Assembly (NCBI GenBank): GCA_903944295.1
Contig: CAJARA010000138.1
Coordinates: forward strand, 1 to 36,243
Direction: 5' to 3'
DNA length: 36,243 bases
DNA from: an uncultured Chloroflexota bacterium
GTDB taxonomy: Bacteria; Chloroflexota; Limnocylindria; Limnocylindrales; Limnocylindraceae
Below, in pieces: positions 8,361 to 17,426 of the stretch (position 1 is the stretch's first letter; each line of letters begins with the position of its first letter). Both the position numbers and the translations under genes were made by a program. The notes beneath the pieces were generated by a model. That model searched no databases, had not been told where the DNA came from, and saw only the letters and a list, made by a program, of their open reading frames with translations.

Positions 8361-9766
8361 TGGCGTACGCACCAACGCTCGCCTGGACGCCGCTGAGTGG
8401 CCCAGAGGAGGCGCAGATCGTTGCCGCACATGCGGCACGGATGCAGCGTTACGTTGACTTCCTGAGCATTCCGAGCGTCTCTGCGGTCCCAGAACACGCG
8501 GCTGACTGCCGTAAGGCGGCGGAGTGGCTCGCCGCCGAACTGCGTCGTATTGGTGCGAAGCGCGTTGAGGTGAGCGAGACGGGTGGACACCCGATCGTTG
8601 TTGGTGAGCGAATCGAAGATCCGAAGCTGCCAACGATCGTCATCTATGGGCACTACGACGTACAGCCTGGCGACCCGCTCGACCTCTGGAAGACGAGTCC
8701 ATTTGAGCCGATCGTTCGTGACGGCCGCATGCTCGGTCGCGGCTCTGCCGACGACAAGGGGCAGATCGTCATTCACCTCGCCGCGCTTGAGGCGCTCCTC
8801 AGCACGCGTGGAAAGCTGCCAGTCAACGTGAAGTACCTCTTTGAGGGCGAAGAGGAGTCAAGCTCGGTGAACCTTGAGCGCTGGATGGCGGCGAACCCTG
8901 AACGCTGCAGCGGCGATGCCGTGATCATCAGCGACACAGGATTTTTTGAAGGGAATCTGCCAGCACTCACCGTGGGGCTTCGCGGGATCACCTACATGCA
9001 GGTGGATGTGCGCAACTCGGATGTTGACCTTCACTCTGGTGGCTACGGTGGCTCCGTGATCAATCCGGCGAATGCGCTCGCCGCGATGATCGCCTCGCTC
9101 CATGACGAGAACCGCCACATCACCGTCCCTGGCTTCTATGACGACGTGGTGGAGCTCAGCCCAGATGATCGCGCCGCATTTGCTGCACTCCCGTTCAGCG
9201 ACGCGAACTACCTCGCTGGCATTGATGCGAAGGCGACGCAGGGCGAGGCTGGCTACAGCACCGTGGAGCGACGCGGCGGTCGTCCAACGCTTGATGTGAA
9301 CGGCATCTGGGGCGGCTTCACAGGCGATGGGAGTAAGACGATCATCCCAGCCCATGCGCACGCGAAGATCTCCTGCCGCCTCGTCATGGCGCAGGATCCG
9401 GCGAAGATCGCGCTTCAGGTTGAAGCGGCGCTGAAGGCCGCTGCGCCACGTGGCCTTGATGTAGAGGTGCGGAATCTTGGCAACGGATATCCGTTCTTGA
9501 CGCCACTTGGCGATCCGTACCTGAAGGCTGCAGCTGGGGCCCTGAAGGAGACGTTTGGCGCCGATCCGCTCTACCTCCGCGAGGGTGGCTCAATTCCTAT
9601 TGCGGCGCTCTTCCAGCGCGAGCTCTCTCTCCCCGTGGTGCTGCTCGGCTTCACGCCGCCAGACGACAACGCCCACGCACCGAATGAGTCGATGGATCTT
9701 GGCAACTTTGAGGGCGGGATCCGCGCTGTGATTCGCGCGCTCGACGCGGTCGCCGCGCTTCGCTGA
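8360..9766 (+). CDS. M20 family dipeptidase (Dug1/CNDP-like)
   Basis: YGHYDVQP, RGSADDKGQ, EGEEE, SDT, DLHSG, GGSIP, HAPNE motifs; TAATG-coupled to ftsH. Confidence 0.92.
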   Translation: MAYAPTLAWTPLSGPEEAQIVAAHAARMQRYVDFLSIPSVSAVPEHAADCRKAAEWLAAELRRIGAKRVEVSETGGHPIVVGERIEDPKLPTIVIYGHYDVQPGDPLDLWKTSPFEPIVRDGRMLGRGSADDKGQIVIHLAALEALLSTRGKLPVNVKYLFEGEEESSSVNLERWMAANPERCSGDAVIISDTGFFEGNLPALTVGLRGITYMQVDVRNSDVDLHSGGYGGSVINPANALAAMIASLHDENRHITVPGFYDDVVELSPDDRAAFAALPFSDANYLAGIDAKATQGEAGYSTVERRGGRPTLDVNGIWGGFTGDGSKTIIPAHAHAKISCRLVMAQDPAKIALQVEAALKAAAPRGLDVEVRNLGNGYPFLTPLGDPYLKAAAGALKETFGADPLYLREGGSIPIAALFQRELSLPVVLLGFTPPDDNAHAPNESMDLGNFEGGIRAVIRALDAVAALR

Positions 9767-9773
9767 GCGAACC

Positions 9774-10685
9774 GTGCGCGTCGCACTCCTCGGCCTCGGC
9801 CTGATCGGTGGATCGATCGCCAAGGCGCTCCGAGAAGATCCCTCCGGTGCTGGACCACTCGATCCAGGCGGTGTTGAGATTGCGGCCTGGACGCCGAGCT
9901 CGCTCGGACCGCGCGCCGCGCTAGAGGCTGGCGCCGTTGACCAAGTTGCCCGCACGATCGCTGAGGCGGTGGATGGCGCCGCGCTGGTTGTCATCTGTGC
10001 ACCGCCCGTTGCGGCATCAAGCATCCTTGATGAACTCGTCATCTGCCGTCGCTCCGGGCGACTCGCTGAGAGCGCAGTCGTCACCGATGTCCTCTCAACA
10101 AAGCGCTGGATCATGGCGGAGGCGGCGAAGCGCAGCTTACGATTCTGCGGTGGCCATCCGATGGCGGGGAGTACCGAGACAGGATTCGCCGCCGCGGACG
10201 GGAATCTCTTCCTCGGACGGCCATGGGTTGTGGTGCCAGATCATCACGGCGCAAGCAGCGCGGCGGCACTGGTTGAGCGACTCGCATCAAGTTGCGGCGC
10301 GCGCCCAGTCACCATGGATGCCGATCTGCACGATGCCGCCACTGCGGCGGTGAGCCACCTCCCGCTCCTCCTCGCAGCGGCGCTTGTCAGCGCCGTCTCA
10401 AAAGGCGAGCAGGGCCAGGCTGCGGATGGCTGGCGCGTCTCCCACCTGCTCGCGAGTAGCGGCTGGAACTCGGCAACTCGGTTGGCGCGTGGCTCAGAGG
10501 AGATGGGGGCGGATATTCTTGCAACAAACGCGCGTGAGGTGCGACGCCGTCTGCGCGCACTGCGCGATGAGCTTGAGCGTTGGGATGCGCGACTCGCCGC
10601 AGCAGAGAACGATCCACTTGTTGGGCGAACTGATATTCGCGCGCGTCTTGCGGAGGCGCGAGAGACACTGAAGGAGATCGATTGA
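9774..10685 (+). CDS. tyrA: Prephenate/arogenate dehydrogenase (no ACT domain)
   Basis: Rossmann GLGLIGGS, TDVLSTK, GGHPMAG, HDAATAAVSHLP, TRLA motifs. Confidence 0.85.
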   Translation: MRVALLGLGLIGGSIAKALREDPSGAGPLDPGGVEIAAWTPSSLGPRAALEAGAVDQVARTIAEAVDGAALVVICAPPVAASSILDELVICRRSGRLAESAVVTDVLSTKRWIMAEAAKRSLRFCGGHPMAGSTETGFAAADGNLFLGRPWVVVPDHHGASSAAALVERLASSCGARPVTMDADLHDAATAAVSHLPLLLAAALVSAVSKGEQGQAADGWRVSHLLASSGWNSATRLARGSEEMGADILATNAREVRRRLRALRDELERWDARLAAAENDPLVGRTDIRARLAEARETLKEID

Positions 10686-11320
10686 GCGCATCCGCTGACC
10701 CGCTCGCGCGTGGCGCAGATGAGATGATCATTGGGATTCCTCGCGATGCGGCGCTCTCTGACGGTGCCTGGCGCGGCTTTAAGCGCTTCACGTCGGTTGA
10801 AGGTGGCCTTGCGGAGATTGCCCGACTCGATCGCGTGGGGAGCCCACGTCCACGGCGCGAGCTCGAGCTGGATCCTGAGTGGAAGCAGCCGATCCCGTAT
10901 GCCATCGCGCTCTACCGCACCGCTGAAGGAGAGCGCCAACTCTTCTGGATGGATCGCCTCGCTGGCGGGAGTGACCGGCGCCTCCACGGTCGTGCCTCAT
11001 TCGGTGTTGGCGGACATATCGGTGCTGACGATGGCGGCATCCTCGTTGCACTCGAGCGCGAGTGGCGTGAGGAGGTTGAGACGGCAGAGCTCCCCCGATT
11101 TACGCCGCTCGGCCTCTTAAATGATGACAGTGATGAGGTTGGCCGCGTCCACCTTGGCATCGTCTTCCTTGCCGAACTCTCCAGTCCTGAGATCGCTGTG
11201 CGCGAGCGCGAGAAGCTCGCCGGTTCTCTCGTTTCGGTTGAGCGTGCCGCCGCTCGTGCGAGTGAGCTTGAAGGATGGTCCGCCGCGCTGATCTCCCACA
11301 TCGCCACGCTGGGGGAGTAG
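10682..11320 (+). CDS. NUDIX-like predicted phosphoesterase (YmaB/COG4112-like)
   Basis: ELDPEWKQPIPY, GGSDRRLHG, SFGVGGHI, REWREEV (Nudix-box-like), NDDSDEVGRVHLG, C-terminal LEGWS. Start uncertain (TTG10682 or ATG10724). Confidence 0.75.
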   Translation: MSASADPLARGADEMIIGIPRDAALSDGAWRGFKRFTSVEGGLAEIARLDRVGSPRPRRELELDPEWKQPIPYAIALYRTAEGERQLFWMDRLAGGSDRRLHGRASFGVGGHIGADDGGILVALEREWREEVETAELPRFTPLGLLNDDSDEVGRVHLGIVFLAELSSPEIAVREREKLAGSLVSVERAAARASELEGWSAALISHIATLGE

Positions 11321-11363
11321 CCCGAATACCTTCTCCGTACGCTGCCGCGTGCAGCATGCGGAG

Positions 11364-12833
11364 ATGCCACTCTCAATCGCCACCAGCGCTCTCGTTGGGA
11401 TTCGTGGAGCACCGGTTGAGGTGGAGGTTGATGTCACCACGGGGATCCCCGCGGTGCGCATTGTTGGGCTCCCAGATACGGCCGTTGGCGAGGCGCGAGA
11501 ACGGATCCGCTCCGCGATCCGTGCCTCCGGCTTCACCTGGCCAGCCCGCAGGATCACCGTCAATCTCGCCCCCGCCGATCTACGGAAGAGTGGAGGCTCA
11601 TTTGATTTGGCGATCGCGCTCGGCATCCTCGCAGCGAGTGGCCAGCTGCAACTCAAAGGGCGTTCGATCGCTGCGGTGGGCGAGCTGGCGCTCGATGGGA
11701 GAGTCCGCAACGTTCCAGGGGCGCTCCCACTGGCACTCCCACTCGCCGCTCGCGAAGCGGTACACCTCCTTGTGCCGCTGGAGATCGCCGCAGAACTCCA
11801 AGGCGACGGCGCAGGATCTATATCTGGCGTGACGAGCCTCTCGGATGCCGTTGCGCTCTTAGCGGGGGCGAAGCGAGAGTCTCAGTCTTTGGCACGATCG
11901 GTCTCACTCCGCACTGATCCGCAACATCGTGTTGTGAGTGACGAGGAGTGCGAACTTTCCACGATTCGTGGTCAGCCGGGCGCAACACGCGCCGTGCTGA
12001 TCGCAGCGGTTGGACGCCTCCCGTTGCTTCTGGAAGGACCTCCAGGCGTTGGGAAGTCAATGCTGGCGCGTGCGCTCCACGGTGTGTTGCCAGATCTCAC
12101 AGCCAATGAAGCGTCCGAAGTGCGGGCGATCAGTTCGGCCGCGGGACTTGAGCGGGGTAGCAGCGCACGCCCACCGCTGCGCATGCCACACCATGACCTC
12201 ACCGTTGCCGGTCTCATCGGCGGCGGGCCACGCCTCGCTCCGGGTGAGCTGACATGGGCTCACCGTGGACTGCTGATCCTTGATGAGATTGGGGAGTTTC
12301 GCCGCGACACGCTCGAAGCGCTTCGTGAACCGCTGGAGCGTGGCGTGATTGATCTGGTGCGCGCGGGACGGTCGGAGCAGTTTCCAGCCGCAGCGCTCCT
12401 CGTTGCAACAGGGAACCCGTGTGGCTGCGGAGAGTTGGAGCGCTCTGACGGCGCCTGTCTCTGTACACCGGCTGCTCGTAGGCGGGGGAGCCTCTCACTC
12501 TCTGCGCCGATTCGTGATCGCTTCGCACTACGCGTGCGACTTGCGCGCTCACATGCACCGCTCAGCTCTCTACCGCGCGGCGGGATCACAACACTCGATG
12601 GGCGTGCCGCTGTCAAGCGGGCACGCGCAGCGCTACCGCCAGTCGCTCACCGCGTAGAGATGGTTGATCAACGACTACTGCAACGCGTTGTTGCGCCGCT
12701 CACTGAACAGGTGAGTGGACGGGGATGGGGCCATCTGCTCAACGTTGCAGTGATCTGTGCACTGCTGAACGGCGTGGAGAGGGTTGGTGAGGCGGAGCTT
12801 GCTGAGGCGCTGCACTTGACGGGTCGAATATGA
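11364..12833 (+). CDS. comM: YifB/ComM Mg-chelatase-like AAA+ ATPase, divergent
   Basis: VEVEVD, IVGLPD, ITVNLAPADLRKSG, GELALDG, Walker A GPPGVGKS, Walker B ILDE, NPCGCG..C.C, DRF. Alternative start GTG11349. Confidence 0.88.
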   Translation: MPLSIATSALVGIRGAPVEVEVDVTTGIPAVRIVGLPDTAVGEARERIRSAIRASGFTWPARRITVNLAPADLRKSGGSFDLAIALGILAASGQLQLKGRSIAAVGELALDGRVRNVPGALPLALPLAAREAVHLLVPLEIAAELQGDGAGSISGVTSLSDAVALLAGAKRESQSLARSVSLRTDPQHRVVSDEECELSTIRGQPGATRAVLIAAVGRLPLLLEGPPGVGKSMLARALHGVLPDLTANEASEVRAISSAAGLERGSSARPPLRMPHHDLTVAGLIGGGPRLAPGELTWAHRGLLILDEIGEFRRDTLEALREPLERGVIDLVRAGRSEQFPAAALLVATGNPCGCGELERSDGACLCTPAARRRGSLSLSAPIRDRFALRVRLARSHAPLSSLPRGGITTLDGRAAVKRARAALPPVAHRVEMVDQRLLQRVVAPLTEQVSGRGWGHLLNVAVICALLNGVERVGEAELAEALHLTGRI

Positions 12834-13840
12834 ACGATCAGTCAGGTGGTGTCGGTGGTTTTGGCGCGCTGATGCGTTTGGACCCAGATGACCCGCGCAT
12901 ACCGGAGCACCGTCAGTCGCGGCTCGGCCTGCAGCCAGATGAGGATCGTCGTCGACCACTCTGGCTGAACGGTGACCCTGAGGCACTGCGCCTTCCGGCG
13001 ATCGGGATCGTTGGCACACGACAACCGAGCCCTCACGGACTCGCCGCCGCCCGAAGCATCGCAACGATCTGTGCTGCACGCGGCTGGCTCGTAGTGAGCG
13101 GCATGGCGCTCGGTATCGATGCGGCGGCGCATGAGGCGGCGCTTGACGCGGGCGGCGCAACGATCGGCGTGTTGCCGAGCCCCGCGCCTGGCGGCGTGCG
13201 GCAGGGGGCGCGACGACTTGCCGCACGCGTTGTGGAGCGCGGTGCTCTCCTCTCGGATCGTTCTCCTGGCACCCCTGCGGCGGCGTGGAGTTTTGTCACA
13301 CGCAACACGCTCTTGGCGGCGCTCTGCGACGGACTGATCGTGGTGGAGGCGCCGGAGGGGAGCGGCGCGCTGATCACCGCTGAGGCGGCAGATGGCTTCG
13401 GCCTCCCGCTCGCCTTTGTCAGTGCGCCATTCGGTTCCGTTACGGCAGCTGGTGGTGCCGCCTGGTTCGCCCGAGCGAGTGAGCTCTCGCTTCATCTGAT
13501 TGAGCGCCGAGCCCCGCACCTCCTCACTGATCGCGCCACCCTCCAGGCGTGGCTCAGCGTCTGTGCGGCGTCCGTGTACGCAGACGGCGACGTGGGGAAG
13601 CTGTCTCTGCAGCCCTCAGGCGGAGTCCCGCCGATCGGCGGACTGCGCGGGGCGATCCTCCAGCGCCTCGAATCGGCGGGTGCGGCTGGGCTCGCTGAGG
13701 GAGATCTGCTCGACCTCAGCCGAGGGGCGGAGGCTGCACTCCCTGCGGCGCTCACCCTCCTTGCCGCTCAGGGGCTGATAGAGCAGCGAGGGGGGCGTTG
13801 GAGGGGTTCTGAAGGGGCGGTGCTACGCTCTCGCGCATGA
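12830..13840 (+). CDS. dprA: DNA-processing protein DprA/Smf, lacking N-terminal SAM domain
   Basis: IVGTR, VSGMALGIDAAAH, F..RN, VVEAPEGSGALITA motifs; canonical position between comM and topA. Confidence 0.88.
   Translation: MNDQSGGVGGFGALMRLDPDDPRIPEHRQSRLGLQPDEDRRRPLWLNGDPEALRLPAIGIVGTRQPSPHGLAAARSIATICAARGWLVVSGMALGIDAAAHEAALDAGGATIGVLPSPAPGGVRQGARRLAARVVERGALLSDRSPGTPAAAWSFVTRNTLLAALCDGLIVVEAPEGSGALITAEAADGFGLPLAFVSAPFGSVTAAGGAAWFARASELSLHLIERRAPHLLTDRATLQAWLSVCAASVYADGDVGKLSLQPSGGVPPIGGLRGAILQRLESAGAAGLAEGDLLDLSRGAEAALPAALTLLAAQGLIEQRGGRWRGSEGAVLRSRA
13821..13829 (+). promoter_or_regulatory. Putative extended -10 (TGcTACGCT) for a leaderless topA mRNA, embedded in the dprA 3' end
   Basis: TGCTACGCT-ctcgcgc-ATG; the same TGCTACGCTC precedes alaS. 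Confidence 0.55.
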
Positions 13841-16458
13841 GTAAGGCTGCAACGAAGAATCTCGTGATCGTGGAGTCGCCGGCCAAGGCGGCCACGATTG
13901 AGCGTTACCTAGGTCCTGATTACACGGTGATCGCCTCCTATGGTCACGTTCGCGACCTCCCGCAGAAGTCTCGCCGTGCAGCGAAGGGGAGCGTCGCCGC
14001 GAAGCGGCCGAAGCGGAAGAAGGGGGACCCTCCGGCACCGAAGCCTGCAAAGGGACTCGGCAGCCTTGCGGTGGATGTGGAGAACGGCTTCACGCCGCAC
14101 TACGAGATCATTGAGGAGAAGGAGGGGCGCCTCGCCGACATCCGCCGCGCCGCAAAGGGGGCGGAGGCGGTCTGGCTCGCCACCGACCTTGATCGTGAAG
14201 GTGAAGCGATCGCCTGGCATCTGGCCGAAGCGCTGGAGATCCCAGAGGCGGATCGGCGCCGCGTCACCTTCAGCGAGATCACGAAGGGGGCGATCCTCGA
14301 ATCGTTCAGCCACCCGCGAGGAATCAACCTTGACCTTGTCAACGCCCAGCAGGCGCGTCGCATCCTTGATCGTCTCGTCGGCTACAAGCTCTCGCCACTC
14401 CTCTCGCGCCTCGTTGCACCGCGCTCCTCTGCCGGGCGCGTGCAGTCGGTTGCCCTTCGCCTTGTGGTGGAGCGTGAGCGCGCGATTCGCGCCTTCATCC
14501 CACGGCACTACAGCACCGTTGAGCTGGGCGTTCGCCCAGCCGTGGACCCAGATCTCGTCATCCCTGCGAGCCTTGTTGGGCCGAAGGGGGAGAACCTCGA
14601 AGTGGAGCCCGAGGTTGCCGACGCCGCCGTTGCGCGCGTTACGGGCGGAGTAGCAATCGTTACGGAGCGCAACGAGAGCACGCGAAAGCAGCGGCCCGTT
14701 CCGCCGTTCACCACCTCAACACTGCAGCAGGAGGCGGGACGCAAGCATGGCTACCGCTCACGCGTCACGATGCAGCTTGCGCAGAAGCTGTACGAAGGCG
14801 TTGACATTGGCGGCGAGCGCACCGGTCTGATCACCTACATGCGCACCGACTCACCAACGCTGAGCCAGCAGGCGATTAGCGAAGCGGCGGAGGTGATTCG
14901 CACACGCTTCGGCGCCGAGGCGGTGGTTGATGGCGGGCGACAGTACGCCTCCAAGTCAAAGAACGCGCAAGAGGCGCACGAAGCGATTCGACCGACAAGC
15001 TTCCACCGCACCCCGGAAGAGGTTGCGAGCTACCTTGATGATCGTGAGTTGCGCGTCTACACGCTGATCTGGCGGCGCGCGATCGCATCGCAGATGCCAG
15101 ACAAGCTCTCTGCTACCACCACACTCTTCTGGAGTGTTGGCGAGGATCGCCTCAAGACCAACGCAACGCGCACACTCGAGCCAGGGTTCACCGCCGTCTA
15201 CCTGGAAGGGAAAGACGACGAGGAAGAAGATGCTGAAGCGCAGTTGCCAGACCTTCCAGAGGGATCAAAGGGTGAGGTTGCAACCGCCGAAGCGGTAGCC
15301 CACCAGACGAAGCCAGAGCCGCGCTTCACCGAGCCGACGCTCGTGAAAGAGCTGGAGAAGCACGGAATCGGCCGACCGTCCACATATGCGGCGATCATTG
15401 AGCGCATCCAGGAGCGCGAGTACGTAGACCGTGATCGCGAGAACCGACTGCGCGCCACGCGACTCGGTGAGACGGTCTGCGATCTTCTGACGACGCACTT
15501 CACCGCCTTTGTTGATCTCGGCTTCACCGCTGGGATGGAGGAGGAGCTCGACGCCGTTGCCGAGGGGCGTGCCGATTGGCGTGAAGTACTTGGGAAGTTC
15601 TGGGCAACATTCGAACCACTGGTGACAGAGAAGGCGACGAGCATCGGCGCCGGTGAGTATCGCAACCGACCGAGCGATGAGAAGTGCTCCGAGGGTCACC
15701 CGATGGAGGAGCGTCTCGGCCGTTTCGGCTGGTACCTCGCCTGCAGCCTCTATCCGGAGCACTCTGAGCGGAAGTCGCTCTCCAAGGTAATCGGCGATGA
15801 CACACCTGGCGGTGATGTCCCCACCCTTGAGGGGGCTGGCCTCCCGTGCCCGCAGTGCGGCGCTGAGCATGGCGGGAAGATGGCGCAGCGACGCAGCCGT
15901 TTCGGCTACTTCCTTGGCTGCGATCGCTACCCAGAGTGCAAGTTCATCCCGAAGCCTGAGGTGCCAGAGGAGTTCCGTCTCGCCTTTGAGGCGCTCTGCC
16001 CAGTCTGCGGCGGTGAGCATGGGGGGAAGTTGCGCCCGCGCCGAAACAACAAGCGCAATACCTACTTCTACTCATGCGATCGCTATCCAGAGTGCAAGAC
16101 GATTCGCCCACGTCCGACCGGCGCCACGCACGCCGAGTGCGGCGCCACGATTGGTAAAGATGATGAGGGTGGAATCTGCACCCGCTGCGGTGCGCGCGTT
16201 GATCTCCCTGAGGGGGAGCTCGTCGGGCTGGTGATTGCAGGTGGAACGGCGGATCCACTCGCCTTTGCGCCGAAGCGCGGACGCCGCGTCGCCGCTGACG
16301 GGAAGGCAAAGGCAGAAGGGAACAAGGCGAAGGTTGCATCACGTGCTCGCACCGTGAAGTCGAAGGGGAAGCCGAAGCGTATCCCTGCCGCCGCGGCGGT
16401 CGCCGCCGCTGAGCTGTCGGCGAGTGACGCAGCTGGCGGAGAGGACGAGGCGACCTGA
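13837..16458 (+). CDS. topA: DNA topoisomerase I (type IA) with C-terminal zinc ribbons and basic tail
   Basis: IVESPAKA, GHVRDL, ATDLDREGE, SAGRVQS, catalytic ITYMRTDS, QEAHEAIRPT, GIGRPSTY, Cys/His ribbon repeats. Confidence 0.97.
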   Translation: MSKAATKNLVIVESPAKAATIERYLGPDYTVIASYGHVRDLPQKSRRAAKGSVAAKRPKRKKGDPPAPKPAKGLGSLAVDVENGFTPHYEIIEEKEGRLADIRRAAKGAEAVWLATDLDREGEAIAWHLAEALEIPEADRRRVTFSEITKGAILESFSHPRGINLDLVNAQQARRILDRLVGYKLSPLLSRLVAPRSSAGRVQSVALRLVVERERAIRAFIPRHYSTVELGVRPAVDPDLVIPASLVGPKGENLEVEPEVADAAVARVTGGVAIVTERNESTRKQRPVPPFTTSTLQQEAGRKHGYRSRVTMQLAQKLYEGVDIGGERTGLITYMRTDSPTLSQQAISEAAEVIRTRFGAEAVVDGGRQYASKSKNAQEAHEAIRPTSFHRTPEEVASYLDDRELRVYTLIWRRAIASQMPDKLSATTTLFWSVGEDRLKTNATRTLEPGFTAVYLEGKDDEEEDAEAQLPDLPEGSKGEVATAEAVAHQTKPEPRFTEPTLVKELEKHGIGRPSTYAAIIERIQEREYVDRDRENRLRATRLGETVCDLLTTHFTAFVDLGFTAGMEEELDAVAEGRADWREVLGKFWATFEPLVTEKATSIGAGEYRNRPSDEKCSEGHPMEERLGRFGWYLACSLYPEHSERKSLSKVIGDDTPGGDVPTLEGAGLPCPQCGAEHGGKMAQRRSRFGYFLGCDRYPECKFIPKPEVPEEFRLAFEALCPVCGGEHGGKLRPRRNNKRNTYFYSCDRYPECKTIRPRPTGATHAECGATIGKDDEGGICTRCGARVDLPEGELVGLVIAGGTADPLAFAPKRGRRVAADGKAKAEGNKAKVASRARTVKSKGKPKRIPAAAAVAAAELSASDAAGGEDEAT
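15847..16098 (+). repeat. Intragenic tandem duplication of a topA zinc-ribbon unit (15847-15942 and 15997-16098)
   Basis: CPQCGAEHGGK..CDRYPECK versus CPVCGGEHGGK..CDRYPECK; the block TGCGATCGCTAyCCAGAGTGCAAG matches at 23/24 nt. Confidence 0.8.
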
Positions 16459-17423
16459 TGACGGGGGGCCGGAAGCCGGCTCCAGTGGCGCGACGCGCGG
16501 CGGTCGCATCTGATCCTCGTGTCGCCACTTTCATGCAACACCTTGGCGCACGGACACTCTCCCCAGCAACGAGCCGCTCGTACCGCACCGTTGTTGAACG
16601 TTTCCTCTCATGGTGTGACGCTGAGCGAATTGATTGGCGAGCCCCAGAGCGAACCGACCTACGTCGCTATGTGGCGACCCTTGGTGATGGGGCGCAGCGC
16701 TCCACGGTGCAGCAGCGGCTCGCTGCGCTTGGAACCTTCTATCGCTTCTGGGTGCGGCAGGGGAGTGTGGCCAAAGATCCACTGCAAGCGCTTGCACGCC
16801 CACAACGTGAACGTCGCCTCCCTGATGTACTGAGCGCTGAACAGGTGACACGGCTCATTGAGACCGCCGCTTCGGCCGAGTCCCCCGTACTCGCGCTGCG
16901 TGACACCGCACTCGTTGAACTCCTCTACGGCGCTGGACTGCGCATTGCAGAGGTTGTGTCGATTCGCGTGCGCGACCTTGACTTGGCGCGCGGTGAAGTA
17001 CGCGTCACAGGGAAGGGTGAGAAGCAGCGCGTTGCACTCTTCGGTGCGCCGTGCATCAACGCACTGAAGCGCTACCTTGCAGACGGTCGATCTGAGCTGC
17101 TCAAGGCGTCTGCCACGGCAAGTGATGCGCTCTTCCTGAATCGCAACGGCACGTCGCTCGGTGAGCGTGGTGCGCGCGCTCGACTCAACGAGACCGCCGT
17201 CCGCGCCGGGCTTCCTGCCGCCTTTCATCCGCACACGCTCCGTCACTCCTTCGCAACGCATCTCTTGGATGGTGGTGCGGATCTGCGCGTGGTGCAAGAG
17301 CTACTCGGTCATGAGAGCCTCGGAACGACGCAGGTCTATACACACGTCTCCACTGCGCGGCTCCGCGGCCTCTATGCGTCGGCCCACCCTCGCGCTCGAC
17401 GCGCGGCAAAGAGGGACGCATAA
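16458..17423 (+). CDS. xerC: Tyrosine recombinase XerC/XerD type
   Basis: GLRIAE, GKGEKQR, HPHTLRHSFATHLL, QELLGH, TTQVYTH catalytic set intact; typical topA-xerC context. Confidence 0.9.
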   Translation: MTGGRKPAPVARRAAVASDPRVATFMQHLGARTLSPATSRSYRTVVERFLSWCDAERIDWRAPERTDLRRYVATLGDGAQRSTVQQRLAALGTFYRFWVRQGSVAKDPLQALARPQRERRLPDVLSAEQVTRLIETAASAESPVLALRDTALVELLYGAGLRIAEVVSIRVRDLDLARGEVRVTGKGEKQRVALFGAPCINALKRYLADGRSELLKASATASDALFLNRNGTSLGERGARARLNETAVRAGLPAAFHPHTLRHSFATHLLDGGADLRVVQELLGHESLGTTQVYTHVSTARLRGLYASAHPRARRAAKRDA

Positions 17424-17426
17424 CTA

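Noticed and set aside
11341-11361. Short GC hairpins upstream of comM (GCTGC/GCAGC; CCGCGTGC/GCATGCGG) as a terminator or riboswitch
   Set aside because: The stems are short, there is no U-tract and the gap is too small for a riboswitch; expected by chance at this GC content.
16458-17423. Tyrosine recombinase as an integrase of a mobile element
   Set aside because: It has XerC/D-type motifs and size in the conserved dprA-topA-xerC context; there are no att repeats, tRNA 3' duplication, cargo genes or compositional shift.
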